A stretch of 63,883 bases of DNA, filler included, from Parasitella parasitica NRRL 2501 (GCA_025201805.1; 7 parts of 7 records of this genome joined end to end with filler, not necessarily neighbours in it), one strand, 5' to 3'. Shown: positions 25,171 through 41,446, counted from the whole stretch's first letter. Made by a program: numbers and translations. Notes: generated by a model not told the origin, from the letters alone.

Positions 25171-26383
25171 ATGTTTAGGAGAAATCTAGAAACCTTGAAC
25201 AGATCCAAAGGAAATGAGAACGCTGAAGAAGACATCTCTGCTGTAAAAAGCAACAAACAGTTCGGTCCATCTACAGCCAATAAATCCCTCACTCGCGGCA
25301 GCAGCAACAACGACAAAGAGTTTTCTGCACTCAAGCTTAAATCAAACAACCAAAAAAGCGAGCAATTTAGCAAGAACTCAAACGAGAAACAGAGTATATA
25401 ATGCTGAAAAACGTTTAGTAAGAGAGTATTAATTCAAAACATATCTAGAATTACAAGTTTTCAATGAGAAGACAACCAAATCAAATGAACGTTCCAATAT
25501 CCCACTCAAAAGAGGAGAATCAGCCATTGGTACGATACCTTGTCATGTAACGCGTGGAAAAAGAACATTTGTTCACGACCTTTTTTAACATGACATAGGC
25601 CAAATTCAACACTCTCAAACCAAAAAGCAGGATATTCGAGCGGTACGCACTTATCGCCATAAAGAAGAAGGTAAAATTACTTGAACCGCATTGTTGATCA
25701 TAGTTTAACGATGATTAATATAGAGCAAGATTGGGAGCCACAGGGATTTAATCTTGACTTCAGCGCATTTGATGATACAGCACAAGAATCCAGTTATGAT
25801 GTAAAAAAGGAATTGCTTGGAGATGATGTCAAAATTGAATCATTCCCATTTATTGAACGACAATTCACTGTAAAGAGCAGCACCGACATCGAAGATCCTG
25901 AGCAACCTGAAATTGAACATGATACTTCTACTGTAGAATACTGTCCGCCCAAAGAGCCTGGTAACATACAAGAATACATTAATATAATGTCGATATAATG
26001 ATCCTAATATCAGTAAATGAATAGAAATCCCTTACCAACCTGATGAAAGCTGCATTGTTGATACAAAAAATTTCACGCCTTACGCTGATTTGGATGCTTA
26101 TGAATATATTAGTTTGAGTAGCAACCATGAAGATTTTAGTTTATATCGAGATCCTGATGCATTGAAGCAAGACATGAACTATCCCATCAACGACGAGGCT
26201 TTGGGTAAGTAAAAAGTATGTTTTAAACAGAAGTATAAAGTACTAAAGGTTTCTGTTATAGAATTTGAATATGATTCTGAAAGCATCGATCAGGAATCTG
26301 ATTTATCGAATGGCCTTGATTTCTCCTCAATTCCCTACAACGATCATATATTTGATGTCGATCATTTCATTCAGTACAACTAA
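25171..26383 (+). CDS. Disordered protein with basic N-terminus and acidic C-terminus, possible securin (Pds1-like)
   Basis: Multi-exon; N-terminal RxxL (RRNL); spliced VEYCPPKEPEIPYQPD motif. Confidence 0.5.
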
Positions 26384-27299
26384 CTTCTTTCCGCTCATTA
26401 TTCCCTTATTATTATTTCTACATAAAAACTCCAATACATACGCCTTTTACATGAAAAAAAAAGTATATGAGGTTTGAGGTTCAAAAATGATGAGATATAA
26501 GTTAGGCAAATATGTTTTGGAATGGCCCAAAAGAAGTAGAGTTGGGCTAAAGGATGTGTTTTCATCGCTTGGTAGTTTGGACACAACAAATTATTCCGAG
26601 ATTATGTAGCGTTTATTTCATTCAAAAAAGAAAATTGAAGCTGAGTGAAAACAAAGTGTTTTCAGTATATCAATGAGTTTTGTATTGAACCATGGATATT
26701 ATTTCTAGCTTTTGACGTGCCAGATTAAAACCACTTATATAATAGGTCTTGCTCCAACTAATGCTTTGTTATAGTCATAATTGACAATTAATGTTAAACA
26801 TCAACTAATTGTATTCAAAGACTGACTCATGTGGATTCAATCTAATCAATAACATTATTAGTTTTATATCTGGAAAGTTGCCAGTCCTTATTACTTCATC
26901 ATTTCTGTTGACAACTTAACTTTATCGACAAATTTTTTATGGATAAAAATACTATTTATTCAATAGTGTTGAATTGTCGCTATTTTTTCCAGGATCGATC
27001 GCGATTTTGCGGTTTCTTTGGCAGAAGTTATGAGCAAATATTTGACACTAGGAAAACCAAACTAGTTTCTGTAAATAACTGCAATAAAATGATACATTCA
27101 ATTATTAAATCTCTATCCACGGTAAAATAGATTCCATGTTCTGCTATTTTGCCACTAACATAAGCTAATAATGATTTGATATTTAGTTCAAGGGCTTTTG
27201 AGGATTATCAATGATGATTCAACCATTGTCATCTCAGCTTTCAAAGTGTCATATTAGACCTCGTTAATTAAAAGCCAAAGTAAATATTTATAGTGCTTC

Positions 27300-28220
27300 T
27301 GATCTGCCATAATTATAGACAGGAGATCATGGCAATGTACTTCAATTGAAGATTGAAGATTGTCCAATGATGTGATGTGATNNNNNNNNNNNNNNNNNNN
27401 NNNNNNNNNNNNNNNNNNNNNNNNNNNNNNNNNNNNNNNNNNNNNNNNNNNNNNNNNNNNNNNNNNNNNNNNNNNNNNNNNNNNNNNNNNNNNNNNNNNN
27501 NNNNNNNNNNNNNNNNNNNNNNNNNNNNNNNNNNNNNNNNNNNNNNNNNNNNNNNNNNNNNNNNNNNNNNNNNNNNNNNNNNNNNNNNNNNNNNNNNNNN
27601 NNNNNNNNNNNNNNNNNNNNNNNNNNNNNNNNNNNNNNNNNNNNNNNNNNNNNNNNNNNNNNNNNNNNNNNNNNNNNNNNNNNNNNNNNNNNNNNNNNNN
27701 NNNNNNNNNNNNNNNNNNNNNNNNNNNNNNNNNNNNNNNNNNNNNNNNNNNNNNNNNNNNNNNNNNNNNNNNNNNNNNNNNNNNNNNNNNNNNNNNNNNN
27801 NNNNNNNNNNNNNNNNNNNNNNNNNNNNNNNNNNNNNNNNNNNNNNNNNNNNNNNNNNNNNNNNNNNNNNNNNNNNNNNNNNNNNNNNNNNNNNNNNNNN
27901 NNNNNNNNNNNNNNNNNNNNNNNNNNNNNNNNNNNNNNNNNNNNNNNNNNNNNNNNNNNNNNNNNNNNNNNNNNNNNNNNNNNNNNNNNNNNNNNNNNNN
28001 NNNNNNNNNNNNNNNNNNNNNNNNNNNNNNNNNNNNNNNNNNNNNNNNNNNNNNNNNNNNNTTGTCACTGTGAATTAGTTTTGTCAATTAGTAATCTAAA
28101 TAAGTCACCATAAATTTATGTAGTTGTAAAAAGTATAAATAGCAGATGCAATTTCGGTCTTAAAAAAAGTATCTTTAAGTTTTCGTATCTCGTTAACATT
28201 TGGTTTTTATTATCTTTTTT
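27300..28220 (+). mobile_element. Family A LTR spanning a gap, 3' end disrupted
   Basis: Both sides of the gap match the reverse complement of 855-1270. Confidence 0.8.
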
Positions 28221-28224
28221 ACCC

Positions 28225-28573
28225 TGTAATGAAATGGCACCTATTATATGGCACCAAAATTACATCAGAATATAATCCAGATGGATCATGGCTGATCCAT
28301 CCAAGAAAGAAATACATGAATAGCACAAGTAAACATTAACAAGTGTAGGTAGAAGCTTGCACTCCTGATTAAAGTACAATCTCCTACAACCCTGGCACAT
28401 GCTAATGTTGAACAACGCTGCTCATAATCACAAAGAAACAAATTCCAAACATGTATAAACAATGCAATTGTTAAAACAATTGCAATAATTCTAGATGCCA
28501 GAAATGGCTTGTTTATTACACAATAAGGAAAGCTCAGTTGCATTAGAAATGATCAGGATCCTCAAATATTACA
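28225..28573. mobile_element. Solo LTR, family D (349 bp), 4-bp TSD ACCC
   Basis: Inverted ends TGTAAT...ATTACA; ACCC at 28221-28224 and 28574-28577. Confidence 0.7.
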
Positions 28574-29625
28574 ACCCTACCCAAAACCATAGTATCAATT
28601 CCAATACCAACATATCGCCATCTCAATTACAATACAAGTGAGAGAATGTCAACAAAAGTCATTCTTCAAATAAACTGTAAAATAAGCATTCTCACTGTAC
28701 TGAGGCAATTTTACAAGTATTATAAATACAAGCTCTTTTAAAGAGCATGTATATTTTCTTCAGTTTTCTTTTAATCGAAAATAAAGGTGGAAAGACTATA
28801 GTTGTTTTTCTCTGGCTTTATTTTTTTACTTTTTTTTTATTTTCACATAAAATTGATCCCAATTTTATTGCATAACCCAACAGCTTCAATACAATATTCA
28901 AGTACAGAAACCACGTGACATTATATTTCAAACTCCGATACGAAAAACAAAAAAACGTTTGATAGAGACATCACCCAGTAAAAATCAAGTTATGCTCAGA
29001 TAGCGATGATCATGCCTGTACTTATGGCGCATAAGACAGTGTTTATTTTGCTGTTTATCGAAGCGTATGATGGATTATATGCAATTCTGATATGTAAATA
29101 TGTGATATCATCTGATAACTTTATAGATATTGGTGAAAACATGGATACCAATGTTGTTTATGGGTAGCGCCAAGTCAATGCTAAGTTTTCCAAGTTAGAT
29201 CTCGGTTTTACTGTCATTTTAGCACAAGTTATGAGCAAATGTGTGATATTCATGATAAATTATGAAAAATAAAACTGTTTTTGCNNNNNNNNNNNNNNNN
29301 NNNNNNNNNNNNNNNNNNNNNNNNNNNNTTAATTAATTAANNNNNNNNNNNNNNNNNNNNNNNNNNNNNNNNNNNNNNNNNNNNTCATCAGAAATAAAGA
29401 TTTGCTATCAGAAAGCCCAACAATTATTATCACCATCGCCATGATCTTTATCATTTAGTTGAACTTTTTTTTTCAGAAACGATAAAAAAAACTGTATAAT
29501 GTTCAGAAAAAAAAAAATGGATTTGTTTATTTTTTTTTTCCATAATTGTTGATAATGTTCAAACGAGGCTTATATTTTTTTTTTTTTAACGGTGAAAGAA
29601 ATGCTCAACAAAAATTATAGCAAAT

Positions 29626-30769
29626 TTAAGCGCCCAAGTTAGGGAAAGCCTTTGAGTCGGACAAGTTGACGGAATCTTGACCACGACCATTGCTCTTGTT
29701 ACCACCACGACCACCACGACCACCACGACCACCGCGACCACCGCGACCACCGCGACGATCCTCACTGCTACGATGAGGAGGTTGATCAATGTCAATGAAA
29801 ACCTTTTCCTTCTTGTTCTTGGGTTTTAAGCTGGTTTCGCTTTTCTACGTATATCGAAATGCTTGAATTAACAGAAAAATCATGAGAAATAGATTTCTGG
29901 GATATATACCTTGCCAACAAAGAAGACGTCCTCTTCCTTTTCAAGGACAACAGCTCCCTTCCATTGATCATTGTCGACACCCTCGTTGGCCTTACGAGCC
30001 TCGTTGCGACGGAAAGATTGGCCGCTATTCTTCTCTGCGAGATATTCGTCCAAAGTTTTGGTATTGTCTGGCTCTTCTTCGGCGCGAGAATTGCGAGGTT
30101 CAGCGGCATCTGGATCATTGGGGTTCAATACGTCATGGGCACTAACAAAATGGTTTATTTTTAGTGAAAAAAATAAAATAAAAAAAAAAAAGAGGATTAC
30201 AGTTAGTTAATATCAACAGCTTACCCTTGGAATTCGGCAGTGCCAGGTTCACCCCAGCCCTGTTTCACCTTCTTCTCATTATCACTATATTGGTTGAATG
30301 TTCAGAACACGCATACAATTAACATTTTCGCAACAGAAAGTACTCACTAAATGCCGGTTCCACTGTGACGATCAAACTGACGGCCACGACCAAATTGCTC
30401 TTTACGGCCACTTCTTTCCTGTTTTGATGGGCCATTGTCAATGGAGGAGACTGGAGTGGGTTCAGAGACGTCTTTACGGTCTCCACGTGCACGTCTTGAA
30501 GGGGGAGAGACTGAATACGGAAATGACAATCGGTTATTCAAGAGGTTGACATTTGGGCATGAAGGAATTGAGGACGCGATTCTTCATGCTAAACGTCTCG
30601 AAAGAGATGACTTACCTGCAGGCTGTCTAAAGCCAGTGCGACGTTGTTCACGTCTGTTAGGGGGTGAAGCATCACCCTTCTTCTCGACGGGCTTAATGTT
30701 ACCAAGCTTATCCATTTCAGTTTCTTCCTCGCCTAAGAGGGCACCAAAACGATTCTGTGTGAATGACAT
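29626..30769 (-). CDS. Stm1/SERBP1 (HABP4_PAI-RBP1) family RNA- and ribosome-binding protein
   Basis: NRFGAL start, RQFDRHSGTG, KQGWG, KTLDEYL, RGG repeats, C-terminal AFPNLGA*. Confidence 0.88.
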
Positions 30770-30904
30770 GACTTGTATATGTGTATATCTTTTTCCTTTC
30801 TTTATTTTTTTTCAAAATTATAAAAGACAAAAAAAAAAAAGAAGTGAAAGAAAGAGGAAAAGAATATGAGGCAAGGGCGTTTTTATTTTATTCATGGCTT
30901 TTTT

Positions 30905-30927
30905 GTGTGTGTGTGTGTGTGTGTGTG
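30905..30927. repeat. (GT)n microsatellite
   Basis: Direct reading. Confidence 0.95.
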
Positions 30928-33208
30928 TTTTATGCCGTTTTGTTGGCCAATTAGATCTATAATAAAAGTTTACGTTATGAGCGTTTCATAGTCAAGACAT
31001 TCATCAAAGAGCACTTGTGTTTTAATAATGCATGAATTTCTTGGAAAATGTGCAAGGTATTTTATATATGTTGCCTGAGGGCAACTGACGATGTTGCCTG
31101 TCAATGTACGTCTATATCGCTGCTTATTTTCGAGAGTCAATTTTAAAGAGTGGAGAGATTAAATTGTTGTCTGCATTCTCATAACCGGAACCAGACTTTA
31201 AATATAGCAGCTTTAATTTGTAGCAAAAGTGATCACTGTACCATTGAATTTCGACAAAATCCAGTCGTTTGAAGCGAAGCAGTGTTATAATCGCATTCAA
31301 CATGCGTTTAGCATTAGAGTGACACGTTGCACATGCATGTTCAATTCCAGATTGTTAAATGTTTCAAACCTGGTTATCCAGCAGCAAATATCATTGGTAG
31401 TGAATGCTTGGGATAACGACGTTTCTGTCAATGCCTTGCCAGTGAATAATTGCACATATTCATCGTTTGAGCTCGAATATAATTTTAAACAGCTGCGGGA
31501 AAAATACTGAATTACCTTAAAGACGATGTCATTCGACGTTTTTGTGCAAAACACGATAAATCAATTGGGACATTCTATAATATATCAATATTAGTGTAGC
31601 AAATGGAAGTACATCATAGTTCTGCTGAAGCGCATCATTACTACAGTACATATAGCAAGTGGCATTCAGATTTGCATTTTGGGTCCCTAATGTCAACCTT
31701 TTTCAAGAAATCTACCATACAAATATGCAGGTAGCGGTAGAAGGCTGTATAAAATAAATGGAACGTTCACAAAGGATTTAAGGCAAGATTTCCTAACAAA
31801 AATGCTTGTACAAACATGCATGTGTAACCGTTTTAACCCAATAAATGCGCTATGATTGATATTAATCTTGAGTGATCAAAGATACAAAGAGATTGATAAA
31901 CTGTGCACAAGAGCATCATCATTGTACAAAACGAATAGTTCAATGACCTCATTTCATTTACCGTAAGCTCTATTTGACGCACAGAAGCATAGCAGATGAT
32001 TGGCCATCTTCGATAAGCACAGTCTAGCGGATTTTCATCGACCTTGATGTCATCTCCATTTTGGACCATTTTCAGTCGAGGGGTAGCAAGGGAAATTGAC
32101 CAATTTGTCCTTCAGGACAGTGCCAGATGCAAAGTCGCACTGGTAGCGTACAGTCGCGGGCCGCATAGGTGAAAAACTTCGGTGGGATAACAAACATAAC
32201 TATCCCCGCTGTGAACACAATCTTGAAGTCTATTGGGTCTGAAGAAGCCTGGTAGTTTGTGCTGGGACAAACACTCCCTTCGTTTACGTTGCAATCAGTT
32301 TCTAGGTATATATCTTGCAAGTCACTTTGTCACATACACTTGTCTCGTATTTAATACATTTAAGCATTATTTATAATAAATTTAATATTATCCACAAAAA
32401 AAAAAAAAATTGACCAATTTGATCAAATTCGGCTTTTTGACCTGGAAAACGAAGCTTTTTGCTAAAGTACTTGTTAGTGTGAAATGAACCCTGAGGCTAC
32501 ATCTGTCATCTAAAGATTTTGCTGTTCAAAGTACATTTCGGATTTTTGGTTTTTCCGCGATTAACTGTTTTTAAGATTAACTCGAGCTGTTCTTGAAGCA
32601 AAATCAAATGAAAAAAAAGCTGATATAATAGCCCATATAAAATAACACTTATATCAGTTAATAACAAGGGAATATTGTTGTATAAAAATGTAGAGTAATA
32701 AATCTTTAAAGGGCACAGTTTTTTCCTTGAAAGCATTTTTGAATAAAATTGGCCAATCTGTCATTAGCATATTCAAACCCCGTATGACTTCACAAATTGC
32801 ACCAGAAAGCTTCAAAACTACCAGATTTTGGATGAATAAGAGGGCCATTTAGACTAAATTAGTTTTGATAAATTAAGAAAGAATATTGGAATGAAAAAAA
32901 AAACACCTATTTTGTGTTTAGATGTTTTAAAACAAGTAAAGTATTGATTAAATCAAATTTTTTCGACCAACGAATGTACTGAATATGATCAAAACGATCT
33001 TTGTCCCAGAGATCGACATCACAAGTTCCAAAAAACTATATGCTATGTTCACAAACGTTCAACAAGTCAAATGAATCTCCTTAGATATTGATATTATATG
33101 CAAGGAATATTTATTTTTATTGGCTGTAGCAAAAAAGAAAAGTCGCTTGAAAAAAAAAAAGGTTACGAGGTGTAAACTAATTTAGCTGGTGTATCTGCAC
33201 ACAGCTGC

Positions 33209-33213
<5 letters not shown>

Positions 33214-33245
<32 letters not shown>

Positions 33246-33312
33246 ACTCACTCACTCACTCTCATTCTTAAAAAAAAGAGTCCTTTCAAAACCCGTAGTT
33301 CCCGGTCATACC

Positions 33313-33348
<36 letters not shown>
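33214..33348. repeat. Compound microsatellites (CT)n, (CACT)n and (CAA)n in the F-box gene leader
   Basis: Direct reading. Confidence 0.95.
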
Positions 33349-33349
<1 letters not shown>

Positions 33350-33353
33350 GCAA

Positions 33354-35799
33354 ATGCATAAAATTCCTGACGAGATACTCTTGCGTATATTCACAGTGCT
33401 TGTAAATGATGTAGAATCGTTGATCAGAGCAGGCCAAGTCAGCAAACGATTCCACAGGTAAGTTTCACATGGACAGCTCCAGACAGTGATTACTCACAAT
33501 TACCCATCCTGTTGTTGATGACACCAGACTCATCGATGACCCAAAATTATGGTACAATGCGTTTTTATCCAGATATCCCGTCTGGGGAAGTCGAGTTGAA
33601 TATTCGTTCAATTCGAAAAAACTAATCGACTGGAAAGATTTCATGATTCACCTAGTGAAACAGCAAAAGGCAACGAAAAATTTCAGCTTTGAATTCGTTC
33701 AGGAACAATTACTCAAAAGTCGCAAAAGACGGCATGAGGAGGAAACGATCGAAGACGCAAACGAGGAACAGGAAGCACCCTTTTGGATCCAAGATCCTCT
33801 TGTTGTGGATATCGACCGCATCGACAAAACCGGTATTGTGGCTACTGGCAAACATCGTAAACACACACGCAACAGGATATCCCAGCACAAAATCTTATTT
33901 TGGGAATACCCATCCTGGAAACTAATTAGGTCCTTTGAGCTGAATTTGGCTCCTTCGAACATCACCTGTCAGATTATTGGCATCCAGTCTATTCGTATGC
34001 CAACGGCTAACGGTACAGGTGTTCAAAAAGTTCGCTTCTTTACGTTGGCTGTCGGTATTGCATTTTTGAATGGGCTGGATCAGCAGCAGCAGCAGCAGCA
34101 ACAACAACAACAGCAACAACAACAACAACAACAGCAGCAGCAGCAGCAGAACTTGGATGAATTTGAAGACAGAGTGGACATTTGGAAAGCCATATTTGTC
34201 TACCGATTGTTTGATGACGGATCAACACAATGCGTAGCGCATATAAAAGTGGAAGATTTGTTTTTGGGCAGAGAAGTGTTTCTATTTTCAGATACGTCTT
34301 GGTGCCAATCAAACGATGGCGACTGCAATACTGTAAATCAAGAGGCCTCTCGCTTAGCGGACTGGATGAAGATAGTATGCCCAGCACACTCACCAGAGAA
34401 AGATGATTCTCGTTTCACGGTTTACATGCTGGCAATTGGCCCTATTTTTGAACGAAACATCACTGGCTGTGTACAGCTGGCTAAATTTGACATACGTGGA
34501 CAGCGCAGCATACTAGATCCGTCTATTACGTCTGTTGTCTGGGACACTATGTTAAATCAGCTTGTGCCAGTGCCGAAAAAATACCACTTTTTTCTCGGTT
34601 ACGGCTTATCCAGCACGTCTGAAAGACTCTCATTTGGAAGCGCTACAGAGATGATTACATGCATTCGACTGGGAACAGATGTCAGCTGTATGATTCATTT
34701 TAAATATCCACCTTATCTCAACCATTTGATATGTACAGGAAGTTACCAAGACGACGAGCTGTCTGTCTACGATTGGAGATTTGGCCTCAAGGTCGGCACC
34801 CTTCCATGGAAAACCACGCAGGATGCTACGGCGATACGGCGAACAGCGAGTACCGCAAGCGCTGCTGCTCATCCCAACATTCAGGCAGAGGAGGATATAC
34901 TCCCACAGTTGGACTTGAATGGAGAACGGCCAGAAAACGAAGATAACGACGATGCTGACACGGTTGAAGTGCCTGTTGATGTCCGCCCCTGGGGTTTGGA
35001 GTCAACACTGGTACTACCGCCTTACTGGATGTCCTGTGACACTAAGAAGCCTGTCGAGTACAGCCGAGATGATCTTGCGCATCATGGATTTCGACTGATT
35101 GCAGTGGGGGACAACCGCAGTGACAACCAGCGAGATAAACTAGAGATCAAAGTTTGGGATATTTCATATCTGCTACAAGTAAAGTGGGATCCTTTAATCG
35201 ACAGCAGGCTACATGACGACAGCGAGAGCATTTCAGAAAGCCTCTTGCTGGAATTAGCACAAAGCTTTCCATGGTGGCCAAGGAGAACACGAGAACTATC
35301 ACGGTTAGCCATTCAGATGGTGCTAGAGCAACACAACCAGGCTCGGCTATTATCTCAGCAGCACGAGTTTTCTATTGACATAACCAACCTACAGCATGAT
35401 ACCAATATCCATCAACAGCAGCAACCATATACCAGCAAGAAAACACACCCACAGCAACCCTTACTGCCCTATTCACCACCCATCGGCTTGCAATCCATGC
35501 TCTTGTCTCATACCTTTGATAAAGACGAAGAGCAACAGCCACAAGATATACCAGTCAAATACACAGCCTATAATGTATTATATACATCACTGTTTCTGTT
35601 GACGGAAGACGGCAAAGTTACTGTGATGGATATTGAAACAGGCAAGATTACTGGAACTGTAGCGAATGTTGCACAGGCAGAGGCAAAAGGGGGCTCGCAG
35701 GGTACCCAGCAAGTAAGAGGTATTGATGTGAATGTTATTGGTGGTAGAGAGGTTGTTGTTACCAGCAAAGAAGGGCTATTACGAGGCGTTGTCTCTTGA
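33354..35799 (+). CDS. F-box protein with a polyQ tract and probable degenerate beta-propeller
   Basis: MHKIPDEILLRIF...AGQVSKRFHR|LIDDPKLW F-box, one intron, long second exon with WD-like pieces (LSVYDW, IKVWDI). Confidence 0.82.
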
Positions 35800-36136
35800 T
35801 TCGTTGATTCACTTGCAATCAATAAAATTTACATGTATTTATGTTGCATCTGTACCTTACGTCATGTTTCCTATATGGACTGATCTTGGAAAGAAAAAAA
35901 AAAGAGTTTCAGCTTGAAAAATCGACATGTAATAATCGATAATACTATTTTAAAAGTTGGCATTTTAGGGCGTTTGATCTGCATATAGTAAATGGGTGTC
36001 AGGAGTCATTATTTCCCGATACGGAAGTCCTTTTTTTTTTTTTGGTAGGACCGAGTAAGATAAAGATCGAGACATTTGCAAAACGATCCTGCAAAATGTT
36101 CTTTCTTCTTCGCTCACCCTTTTTATATTTAAAGCG

Positions 36137-38226
36137 ATGATGAGTAACTCAATGTGTTTAGATACCCTCTCAGCCTCTAAAGTCAATCGCATAGCAAATG
36201 TCGATGCGAGCCCGCCTCTCGCAGGCGTATATTCCAACACTGGCTTTGATATGATCAACGTCTTGTCACGGCTTATAAATCGACCAAACCCTCAAATTCA
36301 GTTAGGCCCTATTGACTTGTCGTGCTCTTTTGTTGTGTCCGACGCAAACCAATTTGACTGTCCTGTCATCTACTGCTCTCCTGCTTTTGAACGGCTGACA
36401 GGATACTCCAATGCAGAAATTGTTGGCAAAAATTGCAGATTCCTACAAAGCCCTGATGGCCAGGTTACTTGCGGATCGAGACGCCAGCATACTGACAATC
36501 AAGCCGTCTACCATTTGAAGGATCATTTGAATCAAAAAAAGGAGCTCCAGGCTAGCATCATCAACTATCGCAAGGGAGGCCAGGTAATACATCATAATTT
36601 CAGCTGTATGACACATTTATATAAACTCTTTTTACGTTATACGCAATAAGCCGTTTGTTAACTTGGTTACCGTGATACCTATCCTTAATGATAACGGTCA
36701 AGTGGATTACTTTGTTGGTTTGCAGGTGGACTTGGTGGAGCAGCCCAACTCAATTTTAGAAAAGATGAAAGGTAAGAATGCGCAGCGTACAACATGACTC
36801 TAGTCGTCGTTTTGACTGCAATGCGTAGATGGCACTTATATGATAAACTATCATCAAAACGCAAGCGTTGTACCGACTGATTTCTCAAGTAAGTAGAATG
36901 CTGTGTATCACTAAAAGGAGACGTCGTCTTTAACACTTGTCACCATATAGACATCGGTAGCAACCCGCTGGTAGCGCCCAATCATAGTTCTATGGACGAT
37001 TATTTCCGTGAAATCCCCTCGACGTCCACGACTACCGACATCATAAACCTACTAGACGCTGCCCGTATTGATCATGACGATCCAGCATTCAACGAGCAGC
37101 AAATACAAAAGGAATGGAACCAGCTTTTACTGGATCAAACCTGCGATTTTATTCACGTACTGTCGTTAAAGGGCGTATTCATGTATGCTTCCAAATCAAG
37201 TTTGTCCATGCTGGAATATGAGCCGTCTGAATTACTTGGAAACTCACTCAGCTCCGTTTGCCATCCCTCTGATATTGTACCCGTTATGAGGGAAATCAAA
37301 GAAGCCACGTCAGACCCGGACAAGATGGTCAATCTGCTGTTTAGAATAAGAAAGAAAAACTCGGGTTACGCATGGATCGACTGTTGCGGCAAACTGCACA
37401 TGGACCAAAATAAAAGCAGAAAGTGCCTGGTGCTATCAGGCCGAGAAAGGCCGGTGTATCAACTATCGCAAAGTCAAATACTGCAGCACCAACTAGGGGA
37501 AGAGGGTCAAAGTGACGAGTACTGGGCAAAGCTGTCTTTGGGAGGCTTATATCTACATGTTACCCACACCTGCAAAGATGTAGTCGGCTTCACGAGCGAC
37601 TCTTTGGAGCAAGAGTCCATCTATCAGTATCTTGAGAACGACTCAATCACGGAAATCACAAATGCGTTAGACGTAGTCAAGGAAGGCAGAGGCATACCCA
37701 GCGTAACGCACACAATACTCAATTCGAAAGGCAGCTACATTCCCGTTACAAGCACATTTTACTCTGGTGACAACAGTTCCCAACCTTCGTTTATACTGTT
37801 GCAGATAAAGCTATTGCCGGCGTCAGTATACAGCGGCCAAATACTCCCCCACATTAGCATCGCAACTCGCATAGAAAGCGATAATCTGTTTGCTGAATTG
37901 GATTCCTCAAGGACCACCAACTGGCAGTATGAACTGCATCAATTACAACAATCAAACAAGCGGCTACGGGACCAGTTAGAGATGTACAATAATCCGAGTA
38001 GGCAGAAAAGAAAGGTGAGTGCATATATGTCTCGCGTGACAAGCACCCCCTTATTAACGCATTTGTCCAACAGAACAAGTCGAAAAGCAGTGAATACGAA
38101 GGCCCCAAAATATGTGCTATCTGCCAACGAACGGACTCTCCAGAATGGCGTAGAGGCCCCAATGGACCTAAAGAACTCTGCAATGCATGTGGTTTGCGAT
38201 ATGCAAAATCATTAATACGTAAATAA
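36137..38226 (+). CDS. wc-1: White collar-1 blue-light photoreceptor (LOV-PAS-PAS-GATA zinc finger)
   Basis: [10 protein letters not shown]...[13 protein letters not shown] motif [11 protein letters not shown] domains, NWQYELHQL, and a spliced finger [32 protein letters not shown]. Confidence 0.95.
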
Positions 38227-38880
38227 ATATCCAAAGCTCAAAAATACATCATTTTAAAAAAGAAACAACTCGAGCCAAAACGCTCTCAACTGCTGAGACA
38301 AGATGGATTAGCATGGCATTGTTTAAAAAGATATCGTCTAGACCCAAACTTCCTAAATTTCCCACAATGCAACCGTAAAATGAAACGCGGCACAGTCAGA
38401 AATAATATAGGCTTTCACATGGAGGACCCCATCTTCTTTTGATGGCATGATCACAAATATACGAGTCTTTCCGAAATACGGTATTTTGATTTTTTTTTCA
38501 AGTCGACCGCCTTTTTGTGCAACCTGCTTACCCCGCAATATTATAATTCATTGTTGGCCATATCGTATGATGTATAGCATACGTCTCAATAGGCTGCTTG
38601 ATGAGCAACGATAGAGCATCGATCAAGATTTTAGTGAGACAGGCACATATTGGAAATGTGAGCTTGGCTAGGGCAAGCTCTGTTGTACCGGTATTGTGTA
38701 CCAAGGCAAGATCAAAAATAGAGGCCTACCAGTTAAAAGAGAACAAATGCTCGTTCTTCCTGGATTTGAGTTTACAAGTCAGCTCACTATTTCTTGTCTT
38801 TCTTCTGGGAAGCTTTTCTTTCTTTCTTCTTTTCTTTCTCCCTTTTTGTTGTATGATCACCCAATTCAATCTATTCAAAA

Positions 38881-40606
<1,726 letters not shown>

Positions 40607-41446
40607 AAGAATAGTGTGATAGTGCACTGTTATTGCTGAAATCATCATCATCAACTCAGTTATCTCATATGAATTTGGGAAAATATCATTGTGTTTAAAT
40701 AACGATGTATTTGATCTGCTTGTACATGAGCTAAAAAAAAAAAGAGAGAGAGACTATTAGAATAACATTTCCTGTTCCTCAAGCATGTCGCGAATAGCAA
40801 CGAGTGCAGTTAGGAAAATTACGCCAAACACCTCCTGGTGCACAAACGTGCTAAACGGCAAAAATCATCCTGAAGTAAACATCCCCAGTCTTTATGTCTC
40901 TGATATCCCTAAAAGCAGCAGCAGCACTGCTGAAACGCTTTTATGGAAGCCGAAGCAGCCATACAAAAAAAAAGGATAACGTTGTTTTGTGAAGAGGCTT
41001 GATAATACTCGACATTCAGAACTATACAACCTGGGTCATGCTTCATAAGCTGGTTCTGAATGAACAGGCGGCTGCTGCTTTTGCCGGCAGCTTTATTATC
41101 GTTCGATGTCAGTATAAAAGTGGCAGCATCGTATTACTCGACTATTTCAAACATATACATTGGGGCCACTTCTACTATTGTTTAAATAGCAAACTTGAAA
41201 GTGGATACAGATGACTTATAATTTTGGAATTGAATCAAATTTCATCGATTTATAATAATGATTAGAGAATATAGTTTTTTTTTTTTTTTTTAAAAAAAAG
41301 AAAAAAGAAAAAAAAGGCTCTCATAATAGCAAGGTGAATACGAGCGTAAGTATGAACGTATAAAAGAAAAGTGTGTGTATATACATATAAATGATTGGCA
41401 TGGTTGTTTGTTGTTGAACTTGGGGCTCCTAAAAATAAGGATCGCT

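Noticed and set aside
31229-32320. Short minus-strand ORFs that might be a decayed gene
   Set aside because: No recognisable motif or consistent splice model.
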